Of a stretch of DNA of 64,000 bases, positions 42,310 to 59,910 are shown one piece after another. Every line of letters starts with the position of its first letter. Position 1 is the first letter of the stretch. Under the pieces are notes generated by a model. The model worked only from the letters and a program-made list of their open reading frames with translations, was not told the origin of the DNA and ran no database searches. Source of the DNA: Eledone cirrhosa (lineage: Eukaryota); assembly GCA_964016885.1 (NCBI GenBank), contig CAXHJY010000406.1, positions 1 to 64,000 on the forward strand. Reading direction: 5' to 3'. The position numbers and the translations under genes are program-made.

Positions 42310-43950
42310 TCTCATATAAAACAACTTAAGCTGGGCCACTCATATAAACAACAAAGTTGGCATGTCCTGCAGAATGTGTTCCTGGGTTCTCAGAACTTTC
42401 CAGTGGGGGAATTTCCACACCATTATCCTTCTCTCCTCTACTTTTGCCCCACCTCACCTTGAATATTGTTGTCCACTGTGGTCCCCCCACATGAAACAAA
42501 GTATCATGAAAATTGAAGCTCCTCAAATATCAATCACAAAAAAGATATCTTTCTTTATTTGCCACAGGGGCGTACAAAAATGGGACATTACAAGACATGA
42601 CGGCAGGGGTTTTACATAAAATCTTTAACAATGATAAATAACAATAAACTATATAAAAATAAAACAATTAAAATCCCCATTATAAAACAACCCTCAACAC
42701 CAGGAACACATTTTGTAGGTGTTCCTGTCTTCCCTCTGTTTATCTTCCTCAACTTACAGGTTTATATACAGAGAAGTCCCATTCACTCGGGCCATTTTCG
42801 CCACATTCACCCACCGTTCAGCGAATTTACTGGGGTGTAGCACCTCTCTCTCCACTCTCACCTTCCTTCTGAAGTGGTACTTAAAGAAGGGGATGAGTTG
42901 TTGTCCGGAGAGAAAGGTGTTTGCACTCAGTCCTTTTAACCTCGTCCACCATATTACCTCTTTCGCCATAGCCACCAGACAGAGGCAGACCGCCTCTCCT
43001 TCATTCTTAAATGAAGGCGGTGGGGTGATCCTCACGATGGACTCGGCTGACAACTGGATGCGTCCCACACGTGACAGTAGCTGTTCGACATAATTCCACA
43101 GGTCGGTCACCCCTGGGCACTGAACAATTGCATGCAGAACGGTTTCGATGTCCTGCTTGCACCAAGATCTCTGCCAGGGCATCCGTGCCTGTAGATTTTG
43201 TCTCGAACTGGTAGAGCTCCTCGGTAGCACTACCAGGCCAGAGACCCTTGGAAGTTATCAATAGAACCAGGGTGGAAAGTCCTCCCGAACAGACTGGTCA
43301 GTTCGTCTTCCTCGATGCCTAGAGTTTCCCCGAGAACATCATCGCACTTATCCTCCACTAATCCCCTATAGAATGTCAAAGTGGAGTCTCTGCTGATTGC
43401 CGTTTCTGCTTGGTAGAGGGCTGTGAGCGCCTGAAGGTACTTGAGGTGCCATATAGATGGCATGACAGGCCTTGAATATTGGGGTCAATTAGAAAAGTTC
43501 AACCTTTATTCTCTTCTACGTCGCCGTGAGCACTACATTATCTGCATGATGTGGAAAATATTCCATCAGCATTGCCCAAATGATGTTGGCATCACCTTTA
43601 AACTACACCTAAGGCTCGGGCCCCGTGCTATCCGCCCACAACAAAAATCACACTCGCACATGACAACAATACGACACAATCATTTCACCTCAATTGGCCC
43701 CGTTCTCATTAACATTACACCAAAACACACTAAAACAGAAACAGACTCAATAAAATTAAAAAAAGTCTTTGGACAAATTCCTTCAAGAAATCCCAGATAA
43801 ACCTCCTAAACCTGGATATGTCTCAGTAAACAATAACTCTCTACTTGAGTGGGTCATGGTGTCCAAATCCTGATTTGAAAGACTTCGCCAGGTGGTGCTA
43901 TTGAGTAAGACATGGCCTGGGCCAATACTGGCCAAAACCTATCAAAGGTG
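42310..43950 (+). mobile_element. CR1-group LINE 3' fragment interrupted by an L1/Tx1 insertion
   Basis: PHLEYCCPLWSPH...ITKKI (to ~42548) resumes as IDGMTGLEYW...YSLLRRREHYII at ~43453. Confidence 0.8.
42549..43452 (-). mobile_element. L1/Tx1-clade LINE 3' fragment
   Basis: C-terminal zinc-knuckle region CKQDIETVLHAIVQCPGV..LW; A-rich 3' end at ~42550. Confidence 0.72.
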
Positions 43951-45300
43951 AAAGCCATGCTGAGTGCTAGTTAGACGGTACATTTTCCTCAAAGAACGTG
44001 ATTAGTTTCTTTTTGATGATTTGTCCCATGACCTTACTGATACGTGACGTCAGGGAGACTGGCCTGTAGTTTTTAGCCTCTGGTCCGTTTCCTCCATTAT
44101 GGCTAGGACATATGTCTTCTTTTAACTCACTGGGTAGTTTACCCCTACGTAGCCAGTCAGAGAACCTCTGAAGAGGATCTTCATTGGTCTTGCTAAGGCA
44201 TGCTTGCATGTTTTAATCAGGATTACTGGGAATGCATCAGGTTCAGCAGCTGACTTAGCTCTCATTTCTTCTATGGCAGATATCACATCTTCCTCCATTA
44301 TGTTTATGTGGTTGATGGCAGCCATTTCTTCATGGAGTGCTGTGATATCAAAGAATTCCTCTGGCTTTCTTATATGCATGTGCCTCATTGCGGATGTGAA
44401 AACACTTTTGTATTTTTCATTCAGTATCTCACTTATCCCTTAAGGATCCTCGGTTAATGAACCATTTTTATAGAAAAGTGACCCAACCTTGCAGTGTACC
44501 AAGGCAGTTTCTTTTGTAAATTTAAAGATGGGTTTAGGGTCTGTTTTAATATTTTATATGGCCCTGGCTTCTCTCTCTGCCCTCTCTGTTTCATAGGAAA
44601 GTTTGAGTGCAGTTTCAATTTCAAGCAATGCCTGTTTCAGATAGGGTTCCTTGTTCTTCTGTTGTGCATTTAACAGGTTTGAGATCTTTGTTCTTCATAT
44701 CATAAGGATTTTCCTATCTCTGAGAATAACATTTTTGTCTGTTGGCCTTTGTTTCCAGTACAAACCTACAGCATATAGCTTGTATTGTTGTCGTGAAATG
44801 TTGAAATTGCGCATTAGTGTCTTGTGTGGAGATTTCACTCCAGTTTTACTTCCGGATCTTTTCCAGTTAGCCTTATGAAAGTTTAGGCTGGATAGATTCC
44901 TGGTGCTTCCTATTGGTTGTGTCTCTACTGACTCTCTTCGACAATATATCATTAGTTCAACTATGATCCAAGAAAATCGGTGTCATCTTTACATTGTGGA
45001 TAAGCACTGAGTTATTTGTAAAGCAGAGATCCAGAACATTCTCACCTCTTGTTGGGTGTAGTACTACTTGCTCCATGAACAGATTGTTTGTGAGGTCCAA
45101 AGGGGTCCTGTCTGTTCAAATGTTGTCATTCCTGAGAGGAGGTGGCCTTCAGGTTATTTGACCTTGGGAAGGTTAAAGTCTTCTAGCAGCAGTACATTGG
45201 GACTGATCCAGTTTGTAAAGGACTTCTTCCATCTTTCAGGGGCTATCTTCAAACTTACTTTTATGACTAGGGGCATCTGGTGGACAACATGCGACATTAC
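43951..45300 (-). mobile_element. Diverged CR1-group LINE ORF2 fragment
   Basis: KPEEFFD...SAAEPDAFP...[11 protein letters not shown], homologous to the 56.9 kb ORF2; many frameshifts. Confidence 0.85.
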
Positions 45301-45447
45301 CATTTTCAGTTGCTTTACATATTATATATACACACACATATCTGGTTCCTCAAGCCTCTCAGCAACGGACCACACACACACACATTTACAACATTCTTTG
45401 GTATTGAGAACTTTTTCTCCGTGTTTGCAAATTTCTCAGAGAGGGAG

Positions 45448-45481
<34 letters not shown>

Positions 45482-45766
45482 CACTGAATAAAAGTGATAT
45501 TATTCTATGCATTGAAGCATTGAGTACTTAACTTTGTATCTATACATAAGACACATTCTCAGAAACAAACATGCAGGATTATATCTACACACACACATTA
45601 TATACATATCCATATCAGAACAATGTGACTATATAAGTACATTGATTACCTTCAATATAGGTTGAATGTTTAATATATAAGTCAGCATGTGGGAAGGTGT
45701 ATAGAGATATGCATTGTGTAGGTGGACAAAACACAATCTCTGCCAGTTATTATTATTTACATATAT

Positions 45767-46250
45767 ATCATCATCATCACTGTTTTACATCCATTCTTCC
45801 ACGCTAACATGGGTTAGATGGGTTGTCCTGTTGTGGGCAATGCCAGGTCAAGTGATCATGTCTCGTTCATATGGAACTGATTTTGGTTTGATTTCTACAG
45901 CTGGATGCCCTTCCTAACACCAACCTCATTTAGAGTGAGTGCTGGGTACTTTTTTACCGTGGTGCCGACACGACCACTTTACAGTATAGATTGGGTGATT
46001 TTTGCCGTGACACCTACACGATCACTTTACAGTGGGACAGTTTGGGAGCATACTGTCTATATGCTTCAGCTTCGGCTTGTACCCATGGGAAGTCGGATCT
46101 TCTGTATTACTGCGTAACGCCAGAGGTCTCGGTCCTGGGTCATCGCCTTTGAGAGGTGCAATTCGGCAAGATCAGTTTTTATCACCTCATCCCAGGTCTT
46201 GGGTTGCCCCACCCAAGGCTTCAATCGACTTTTAGTGCTATGCAGCTTTC
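45767..46250 (-). mobile_element. RTE LINE 3' fragment
   Basis: (CAT)n tail plus GGATGCCCTTCCTAACACCAACC 3'UTR, shared with 30112-30540. Confidence 0.82.
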
Positions 46251-46252
46251 GT

Positions 46253-46291
<39 letters not shown>

Positions 46292-46297
<6 letters not shown>

Positions 46298-46705
46298 TAA
46301 AATAACAGATTAAAGTTTAAGCAAAGAATCGCTGCTTTTACCCTTAACGGGATCTTCTGAAACTAACAAAGTCAATCTGTAAACGCAGAATTGGATATTT
46401 CAAAAAACGTTGCAACCGGAGGAAGACAGGAAGATGATACTTTGGTTCGTGGAAACGTTCCCTGGCAAAGAGCGGGAAAAAAAACGAATATAATACGTCA
46501 TTAATAGAAGCGGTGAAAAACAATTACGCGCAAAGACAGAACCACGTTTATGGTATGAAAGAAGTCGTAGACTAATGTTCTCTTAGGTGGTTCGTACAGA
46601 CGTTCTTTGCCGAGGAACGTTTCCACGAACCAAAGTATCGTCTTCCTGTCTTCCTCCAGTTGCAACGTTTTTTGAAATATCCACTTCTGCGTTTACAGAT
46701 TGACT
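46292..46705 (-). mobile_element. Family C PLE-like fragment with fold-back (arms ~46370-46474 and 46601-46705); HHR-like motif at 46314-46364 has GAAA>UAAA
   Basis: Reverse complement of 21130-21430 plus an internal inverted duplication. Confidence 0.7.
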
Positions 46706-47300
46706 GGCAATAGCAGGCAAAAACAAAAACACTACAGGGAGCCTCACCCCAGAAAGAATTCTATAGACTTCTGACTGAAGAATGCTCTCAGAACTGACCA
46801 ATAGGAAGTTTGACACCTTTTTTTGTTATTTTGTTCCTTTAACACCTTGTCCCTTCTACCATTTTATCAATTTTTAAGCTAACTCCAACAATAACAACAC
46901 TTAGAATGAGGAATGTTCTAATAACTGACCAATGAGAGGAGAAGGGGACCTTTGATACTGAAATTCGTTTGTTTGAATTCATATGACTCCAGTTCCTCAG
47001 TGAATTAACAACCCAACAAGGAACTGGGCATATCAGAGTATTGACAATATTATACACCTAAACAACATATGTACTTGTCTATACCATACTAATTCAAACT
47101 GCCTGAAGAGGTCACAGCCAAAGATGGCTGTCACTGAAATATATATAGCAGTAATAAACGAAGCTAAATTTTAATCATTTGACTTTTATTTAACTTTATT
47201 TTACACTACTCCGGAGTAACCAAACCAACCTGCGCACTTCGTCGAGCGCTCCAGCCTGCATACTGAGGTGTTGGTATACAACCAACATAAACTCAAAATC
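46706..47300 (+). mobile_element. Family A PLE-like terminal fragment, longer non-inverted copy
   Basis: 47056-47300 matches 5682-5927. Confidence 0.72.
47098..47152 (+). ncRNA. Type I hammerhead ribozyme (family A)
   Basis: ACUGC-CUGAAGA-G-GUCACAGCC aaagau GGCUGUCAC-U-GAAA-UAUAUA-UA-GCAGU. Confidence 0.8.
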
Positions 47301-47307
47301 TATATAC

Positions 47308-47338
<31 letters not shown>

Positions 47339-47945
47339 CATACACATATACATACATATACATATATATACATATACATATACATACATATACATATATA
47401 TAGATATATATACATACATATACATATATATACATATACATACATATACATATATATACATATACATATATATACATATACATATATATACATATACATA
47501 TATATACATATACATATATATACATATACATATATATACATATACATATATATACATATACATATATATACATATACATATATATACATACACATATATA
47601 TACATACACATATATACACATATATATACATACACATATATATACATACACATATATACCTACACATATACATATATATACATATACATACATATATATA
47701 CATATATATACATATACATACATATACATATATATATATACATATATATAGACATATACATATATAGACATATACATATATAGACATATACATATATAGA
47801 CATATACATATATAGACATATACATATATATAGACATAGACATATACATATATAGACATATACATATATAGACATATACATATATAGACATATACATATA
47901 TAGACATATACATATACACATATATACATATATATAGACATATAC

Positions 47946-47980
<35 letters not shown>

Positions 47981-47989
47981 GTCATATAC

Positions 47990-48020
<31 letters not shown>

Positions 48021-48909
48021 CATATATATCCGGTGGAGACATCGGTCAAAAAAATTTTCAAATCGACCCACGCCAAGTGCAAAAATCAAATTTGTAATGT
48101 ATTGATTCTTCAGTTCAAATGTATAAATAGAGATGAGAGACGAGTTATTTCCCTTTTATGGCGTCATTTGCTTATCTATTTATGTGACGAATAAACTACG
48201 CGTGCAAAAATACGCGAACAGTTTTCGGGCCTGCAAAATTCATGAGTTCGAAGTTTCAACATTAAGCTTCCATGTTGCTTCATTTCCATTAAAAAGTCTT
48301 TTAAAACAATATTTCAGCGCATCACCGTCGCCATCACCCGAGGCAACGCTGCGAGTGTGCTGGCTTGCCTCAAAATTAGAGGTTGCCCAGTACTCACGAC
48401 GTTGCTGACTTTTGCTCTGGTGTTGGCTCCGTTGTTCACCCCTTCTTTACATTTTCTTTAATATTGTAGTTTATGTATATATTTAAAATATATGTTATGT
48501 TATTCTACTGTAAATTTATTTATATGCTCTGTTTATACCCTCAAAAATCTATGAAACTATATAGATGTTGCAACTCTCTCTCTATATATATATCACACAC
48601 ACACACATATTCATATATATCTAAAGAGAGAAAGAGGGAGATGTAGAGAGAGAGTGAGATAGGTCGTTATTCAGAGAGAGGTACAAGATAATCAGATGGA
48701 GAGACAGAGAGAGAGAGAGAGAGAATGGCGACGAACGCTGGTTCACACACACACAAACACATACATATAAAGACAGAGAGAGAGATCTACGCGTTCTTTA
48801 TTGTTCTCCATTCTGCAGGAGGAAGAGAGAGAGAGGGGGTATGAGTGAGTGAGAGAGAGAAAGAGAGAGAGAGGGTTTGAGAAAAAAGGGAGAGGGGTTG
48901 AGAAAGAAA

Positions 48910-49185
48910 GAAAGTTTATGCAAAGAATCGCTGCTTTCAACATTAACGGGATCTTCTGAAACTAAAAAATTCTATCTGTGAACGCAGAATTAAATATTTT
49001 GAGAAACGTTGCAACCGAAGGAAATCAGGAAGACGATATTTTGGTTCGTGAAGACGTTCCCTGGTAATGAATGGAAAAAAAGCAAGGATAATACGTCGTT
49101 ATGTGGACCGAGAAGAACAATTTCATGCAAAGACAAGACCAAGTTTATGGTGTAAATGGAGTCATTAGACTAATATTCTCTTTAA
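48910..49185 (-). mobile_element. Diverged family C fragment with degenerate HHR-like motif (48913-48963)
   Basis: Similar to 46310-46585. Confidence 0.6.
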
Positions 49186-49274
49186 AATAACCGAATGATT
49201 TCCAGCCTCGGAGTTTAAGAATGATGTAAATAAATTTGTAAACGAAAATGACAGGTGATTAAAATAGTTGTTTC

Positions 49275-49378
49275 TACTTTTGGCACAAGGCCAGCAATTA
49301 CCCAGTACATTACTGGTACTTTATTTTATTGACTCCGTATGGATGAAAGGCAAAGTTAACCTCGACGGGATTTTAACT
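49275..49378 (-). mobile_element. SINE core fragment
   Basis: TGGTACTTTATTTTATTGACTCCGTATGGATGAAAGGCAAAGTTAACCTCGACGGGATTTTAAC resembles a conserved SINE body read on the minus strand. Confidence 0.55.
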
Positions 49379-49504
49379 TTGCCTTAAAATAGTAAAAGTA
49401 AATAGTGAAGATTTAGGCCAGTACATACATATGCGCCGACGAACATACACATATATATACATACGCACACACAAATACATACACACACACACACGTGCGC
49501 GTGA

Positions 49505-49942
49505 GTGTTAGTAAACCTCATGCATTTCTACAATATTTTCACCAAACTTAAGACATAGGTTACTTATGTACTCCAGATGGTCATGGGCACTTTCATTTTT
49601 CCAGATATTGATTATAGGGCCTCCCGGCAGATAACCCCTTTAACCACTTCCTTGGAGTCGACTGAAGCACTGCAGTGCAATGAAACAAAACGTCATAACT
49701 TCTGGAGTTCGCAACCGATTTTCACAAAACTTGACACATGGGCTACGTTTGTCCTACAGATGAATGTGAACTCTCAGAATTAGCACATATTGAGTAGGGG
49801 ACCCCTGGGGGCAGGAACCCCTTTTTGGAAAAAGCCGATGATTTTGTAAAAGTATAGTTTTCGAAGCAGCACTGAAGTATTGACAAAAATGGTATACATA
49901 ACTGCTATTTAATACCCGAGCAACGCCAGGTACCTCTGCTAC
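49505..49942 (+). mobile_element. Non-autonomous Helitron-like element
   Basis: 3' GC hairpin TACCCGAGCAACGCCAGGTA followed ~8 nt later by CTAC (degenerate CTAG); internal repeats of ATTTTCAC-AAACTT. Confidence 0.5.
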
Positions 49943-50136
49943 TACATTATAAAGAAACAGAGTTAAGCCTCTTACAAGCGAGATATTAATACCTCCTCCG
50001 CCATTTGTGGTATTTTTCTCTTGGTTGTAAGAGGCTTAACTCTGTTTCTTGACCGGTGTATCACTGGATAAGTTCCCCCTCCGCCTTTCCGGGATTCTCT
50101 CTCACGCCTTGCGGACATGTTTTGAAACTTTAATGA

Positions 50137-50236
50137 GGTATTCTCTTGATAAGTTGGCAAGCCTCACAAAAATACTGCATCTCTATGATGTAATGTTTTT
50201 GCATAGTAGCCAGGAAACTGCGCAGTCGAGGATGTT
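50137..50236 (+). ncRNA. Type I hammerhead motif, U3-A8 variant, long stem II (family G)
   Basis: GGUAUUCUC-UUGAUAA-~60 nt-GAAA-CUGCGCAG-UC-GAGGAUGUU; base of stem II is imperfect. Confidence 0.65.
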
Positions 50237-50300
50237 GAAGAATATTGGGTATATATATATTTTTTTATTTATGTCTAATGTTTCTTCTTTCTTTATAATG

Positions 50301-50337
<37 letters not shown>

Positions 50338-50685
50338 GTGACATTTTCTCTTTAAATGTATTATTCCCTGTATTTTAAAAATACAAACCACAACGAATCT
50401 TTACACAATTTAAATTAAAACTAAATAAATAAAATAAAGATTTTTTTCTCTTGGAAGCAAATGGCTAAATAAGTAATTGGTGTGGGAGGTAGAAAAGTAA
50501 GTCAGTGTCAGTTTTAGAGGGAAAATGGACATTGTTATAAAACTGACCTACTTCGCTTACAGTTATATATAGCATGAAAATAGAACTATGGTGATGGTGA
50601 TTATAAACTTGTTTTAAAACTGATTATTAGCATATTATAGAAATTATGTATGGACCTTAACTCCTGGTGGAAAGGTAAGGACGCC

Positions 50686-50744
<59 letters not shown>

Positions 50745-50751
50745 AGAAATA

Positions 50752-50801
50752 GCTTCTACAGGACTAGAACTGTTTCATTCGAAGGAAATCATCAGGAAAG
50801 C
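50752..50801 (-). ncRNA. Type I hammerhead motif (family H)
   Basis: Minus strand: GCUUUC-CUGAUGA-UUUC cuuc GAAU-GAAA-CAG uucuaguc CUG-UA-GAAGC. Confidence 0.6.
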
Positions 50802-50895
50802 CCCTGAAGATGTATATCTGTGTGTGTGTATATATATATATACATACATATACATACCCATATATATACATATATATATACATATATATATACAT

Positions 50896-51022
50896 ATACT
50901 GGATTTGTAAACACCTCATCAATGGTCCGTAGATGTCCTCCTCCTGTGTTTTTCTGACAACGTTTACATCATGTGGGCATGTGATCTCCACAACAGAACA
51001 CGTTTTCAATGTGTGGTCCCCA
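50896..51022 (-). mobile_element. Fragment of a restriction-like endonuclease domain of an R4/Dong-type non-LTR element
   Basis: KTCSVVEITCPHDVNVVRKTQEEDIYGPL resembles the E-x-x-C-P ... K...Y motif; short, so uncertain. Confidence 0.4.
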
Positions 51023-51046
51023 ACATATATATATATATATATATGT

Positions 51047-51215
51047 CATCATCATCATTTCATTTTACGTCTGCTTTTTCCCTGCTTGCAAGGGTGGGAC
51101 GGGAACTGTTTATGGCTTGATTTCTACAGCTGGATGCCCTTCCTAACACCAACCTCATTTACAGTGAGTGCTGGGTGATTTTTTTTGCCGTGGCACCTCC
51201 ACGACCACTTTGCAG
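51047..51215 (-). mobile_element. RTE 3'UTR fragment
   Basis: (CAT)n plus CCCTGCTTGCAAGGGTGGGACGGG (matches 12733-12770) and GGATGCCCTTCCTAACACCAACC. Confidence 0.75.
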
Positions 51216-51244
51216 TGGAATGATAGGGACCCAGTCCCTATCAT

Positions 51245-51388
51245 CTCATTTCTACAGCTGAGTAAACTGGAGCAATGTGAAATAAAGTGTCTTGCTCAAG
51301 GAAACAACACATCATCCGGTCTGAGAATTGAACTCACGACCTTTCGATTGCAAGGCCAATGCTCTAACCACTAAGCCATGTGCCTTCA
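51245..51388 (-). mobile_element. tRNA-derived SINE
   Basis: Minus strand: GAAGGCACATGGCTTAGTGGTTAGAGC...GAGTTCAATTC...CCTTGAGCAAGACACTTTATTTCAC. Confidence 0.8.
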
Positions 51389-51392
51389 TATG

Positions 51393-51430
<38 letters not shown>

Positions 51431-51454
51431 TATATATATATATGTGTATATATC

Positions 51455-52042
51455 TATCTATCTATCTAAGGCGGGTAAAATTCCCGAGATCCATGGACGA
51501 GTTCTCTCCAGCGGTCTCTGTCCCTCATTATCGCTGCCATGTCCTGCGTCTCCAATAGACCAGTGTCTGTCCTTAGGGCATCAACATACGTTAATCTTGG
51601 TCTTCCTCTTCTAGTGTGTCCATGTAGGGGCACCCAAAGGAGCACTGAGTGCAATGTCAACTCTGGATGTCGGTGAGCATGTCCATCTAACCTCAGTCTC
51701 CTGTGTGTCACTTTTGAGCTGACTTTTGGGATGCTCCCATACAGCTCTGAGTTTTTCATCCTCAGTGTATACTGATTAATGTTCAGAGCCATCCTCAGCA
51801 TTCTCGTGTAGCACCCATCCACCATCTGAGTGAGTTTCTTGGTCAGTGTCCAAGTCTCAGACCCATACAGCAGCACAGACTCCACTACAGCAATGAAGAG
51901 GCGGATTTTCAGGTCTCTACGAAGGTCCGACTTCCACACCGATCTCAAGCTGTGACACGCCGCCCAGGCCTTGCTCTTCCTCTCAACCACATCATCTTCC
52001 GTATTTCCAATCTTTGCTCCCAAATACAGGAAGCCCCCAACC
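51455..52042 (-). mobile_element. RTE-like LINE 3' fragment (same family as 18180-18673)
   Basis: FLYLGA...[14 protein letters not shown]...RRGRPRLTY; (GATA)n tail. Confidence 0.88.
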
Positions 52043-52044
52043 AA

Positions 52045-56794
<4,750 letters not shown>

Positions 56795-56868
56795 CTCTTT
56801 TACTCTTTTACCTGTTTCAGCTATCCGGCTGAGGCCATGCTGGGGCACCGCCCTTGTTGCTACACATT

Positions 56869-59800
56869 TTATCTCCAGCCTGTATAGGTTGGCCACTGGT
56901 GTAGGAGGGAGTTTGTTGCTGCTGCCCTTAGGTTTCCCTCGTGTCTTGCTGTGGGCTCATCCGCGATCCTGGATAACAAGGTGTCGAGATGTTTCTTAAA
57001 GACATCCACCTCCACGTCATGCAAGTCTCGCAGATGCCTCGGCAGCCTGTTGAAGAGTTGAGGGTCCTTGAATCCCAGGCTATTGCAATACCTGCTCCTT
57101 ATTCTAGATGTGGAAGACGGGACCTTTGGCACCACACAGTGACGTCCTGTTCGACGGTTGGTCCAGCTCCCAATGCCAAAGTTTGGTGCTAGTCCCTCCA
57201 GGATTTTCCACATGTAGATCACTGCGTATCTCTCCCGTCTTCGCTCCAAGGAGTAGAGGTTCAGTTCCTTCAGCCTCTCCCAGTAGCTTGTCTCCCTCAT
57301 CTTGGCAATCCTCTTGGTGTAGCTTCGCTGGATTGCCTCAAGCTCTGTGGTTAGTTTGACACTATGGGGTGACCACAGCTGGGAGCAGTAGTCCAGGCGG
57401 CTTAGGACAAAAGTCCTCCACAGTGTCAACATGGTGTCTCGATCTCTTGTAAGGAAAGTCCTCAAGATCCAGCCAGCGAATCGTCTACATGCTGTCGCCA
57501 CCTTCATGATATGTGAAGAAAAAGATGCATCATCGCTCATGTCTATGCCCAGGTCTCGTATCGATTTTGACACGGGGATATCGGTCCCTCCTGGTCCTGT
57601 GTAGCTGTGTTCCGCTATATTTGTGTTTGTGTTTGCAGGTTTGTATTGTAGGGCTTGGAATTTGCCAGCATTAAACTGCATGTTGTTTTCTTCCGCCCAT
57701 CTGTATATGGCATCCAGATCCTGCTGTAAGAGGGCAGCGTCAGCCGGGTTTTTGATTGCCTGTGCTACCTTAGTGTCATCAGCATAGCTAGTGAGGGATG
57801 TTGTTGCATGCACCACAGAGGGCATGTCCGAGAGAGCCACCAAAAACAGTAGTGGTCCCACGACTGTCCCCTGAGGCACCCCACTTGTTATCGGTGTTTC
57901 CCTCGAGAGGGCCCCATTTGCTGCGACTGCCTGGCTTCTGTCCCTCAGGAAGCCATGCAGCCACTCACCTACTTTTCCAGTTATGCCGAGTCCGTGTAGT
58001 TTGTGACATATCATTCCGTGGTCGACCTTGTCAAAGGCCTTCGCAAAGTCAAGATATATCACGTCTACATGTGAGCTGTCTAGTAGCTGTCTCAGTACCC
58101 AGTCGTAGTGATGTAGCAGCTGTGTAAGGCAGCTTCTTCCTGGGCGGAAGCCATGTTGCGTGCTAGTCAGGCGGTCATTTTCTTCGAGGAAAGTGATTAG
58201 TTTCTTTCTGACGACTCGCTCCATGACCTTACTGATATGCGACGTCAGGGAGACTGGCCTATAGTTCTTGGCCTCCGCTCTACTACCTCCTTTATGGATA
58301 GGGCATATTGTGCCTTCTTTCAGCTCCCTGGGTAGTACACCACTAGCCAAGGAGCTTCTGAAGAGCATCTTCAGTGGAGTTGCTAAGGCCCGCTTACATA
58401 TTTTTAGGAGAACTGCTGGGAATCCATCAGGTCCAGCAGCCGAGTCTGTTCTAATTTCATCAATGGCGTACACCACATCCTCCTCCGTTATGTCTATGTG
58501 GTTGATGGTTGCCATTTCTTGATGTAGTGTTGTGGCATCAAAGAACTCCTCTGGCTTCGTTATTTGCATGTGCCTCAGTGGACATGTGAAGACACTCTTG
58601 TACTGTTCGTTCAGTATTTCACATATCTCTTGGGGATTTTCGGTTAATGAACCGTCCGTGTGGAAGAGTGGTCCAATCTTGCAGTGTACTGAGGCAGTTT
58701 CTTTTGCAAATTTAAAGAAGGCCTTAGGGTTTGTTTTAATGTTTTCTATGGCCCTGTTCTCTTTCCTTGCCCTCTCATTCTCATGTGAAAGCTTGAGTGC
58801 AATCTCGGTGTCAAGTAGTGCACGTTTCAAATAGGATTCCTTCTTGTTTTGGTTTTGTTGACTATTCAACTGGTTTGAGAGTTTAGTTCTACGTCTCATA
58901 AGGATTTTCCTATCTCTGGGAATAAGATTTTTGTGTCTGTTTGCCTCTTTCTCCGGGACACACTTTTTGCATATGGTGTGTATCGTTGTCATGAAGTGTT
59001 GAAATTGTGTGTTAGTGTCTTGTGTGGCGATGTTTGCACTCCATGTTTGCTTCCGGATTTCACTCTTAATCTTCTTCCAGTCAGCCCCGTAGAAGTTAAG
59101 GCTGGATAGCGTCCCGGAGCTTCTTGGTTGTTTTGTCTCTGTTGGTTCTCTTGGACCACATATCATTAGCTCTACCAAGTTATGATCCGAGAGAATTGTT
59201 GGTGTCACCTTTACATTGTGGATGAGCACTTCGTTGTTTGTAAAACAGAGGTCCAGGACATTTTCGCCTCTTGTTGGGAGGAGTATTGCTTGCTCCATGA
59301 ACAGCCTGTGTGTGAGGGCCAGCAGGGATTCCGTCTGTCTCTGTTCTATTGACGTCATTCCAGGGAGGAGGTGGCCCTCAGGCCATTTGACCTTTGGTAG
59401 GTTGAAGTCTCCCAGCAGTAGGATGTTGAGACCCTGGTCCAGTTTGTCAAGGACCTCTTCTATCCTACTTAGGCTATCCTCAAATTTACCCTCATGACTG
59501 GGGGCATCGGGCGGCCGATATGTGACACATATTACCGTCTGTAGTTGCTTCATATGTATTATCAGTGTGTCACAGACTGAGTTTGAATGTGTCAACAGAA
59601 CAATTGGTGTGACATCTTCACGGATATACAGAGCAACCCCACCATGAGTTCTCTCCTTCCTGTCCGAACGAAATACAGTATATTTCGGTATATGTATTTC
59701 TGCATCTGCTATACTGCTTGTCAGGTGCGTTTCGGTTAGTGCCATGCATAGTGCTTGATTGCTTATGGCTAAGTCTCCCAGGTAGGAAATTTTACTCATG

Positions 59801-59910
59801 TTGCTGAGTTTCACCAGGCCCCTGACATTCAGCAGCAGCACTGGTGTGACTTTTGGGGTGCCAGTAATGGCTGTCGGTATGACACCTGGTCTGGTGTCAG
59901 CAGCGGCCAC
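56869..59910 (-). CDS. LINE ORF2: APE endonuclease + reverse transcriptase (1013 aa)
   Basis: [28 protein letters not shown] (APE); [31 protein letters not shown] (RT); SLERRRERY. Confidence 0.95.
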   Translation of the reverse strand: MAAADTRPGVIPTAITGTPKVTPVLLLNVRGLVKLSNMSKISYLGDLAISNQALCMALTETHLTSSIADAEIHIPKYTVFRSDRKERTHGGVALYIREDVTPIVLLTHSNSVCDTLIIHMKQLQTVICVTYRPPDAPSHEGKFEDSLSRIEEVLDKLDQGLNILLLGDFNLPKVKWPEGHLLPGMTSIEQRQTESLLALTHRLFMEQAILLPTRGENVLDLCFTNNEVLIHNVKVTPTILSDHNLVELMICGPREPTETKQPRSSGTLSSLNFYGADWKKIKSEIRKQTWSANIATQDTNTQFQHFMTTIHTICKKCVPEKEANRHKNLIPRDRKILMRRRTKLSNQLNSQQNQNKKESYLKRALLDTEIALKLSHENERARKENRAIENIKTNPKAFFKFAKETASVHCKIGPLFHTDGSLTENPQEICEILNEQYKSVFTCPLRHMQITKPEEFFDATTLHQEMATINHIDITEEDVVYAIDEIRTDSAAGPDGFPAVLLKICKRALATPLKMLFRSSLASGVLPRELKEGTICPIHKGGSRAEAKNYRPVSLTSHISKVMERVVRKKLITFLEENDRLTSTQHGFRPGRSCLTQLLHHYDWVLRQLLDSSHVDVIYLDFAKAFDKVDHGMICHKLHGLGITGKVGEWLHGFLRDRSQAVAANGALSRETPITSGVPQGTVVGPLLFLVALSDMPSVVHATTSLTSYADDTKVAQAIKNPADAALLQQDLDAIYRWAEENNMQFNAGKFQALQYKPANTNTNIAEHSYTGPGGTDIPVSKSIRDLGIDMSDDASFSSHIMKVATACRRFAGWILRTFLTRDRDTMLTLWRTFVLSRLDYCSQLWSPHSVKLTTELEAIQRSYTKRIAKMRETSYWERLKELNLYSLERRRERYAVIYMWKILEGLAPNFGIGSWTNRRTGRHCVVPKVPSSTSRIRSRYCNSLGFKDPQLFNRLPRHLRDLHDVEVDVFKKHLDTLLSRIADEPTARHEGNLRAAATNSLLHQWPTYTGWR

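Noticed and set aside
48030-48430. CpG-richer unique island, possible exon or DNA-transposon piece
   Set aside because: No recognisable domain, splice structure or termini could be supported
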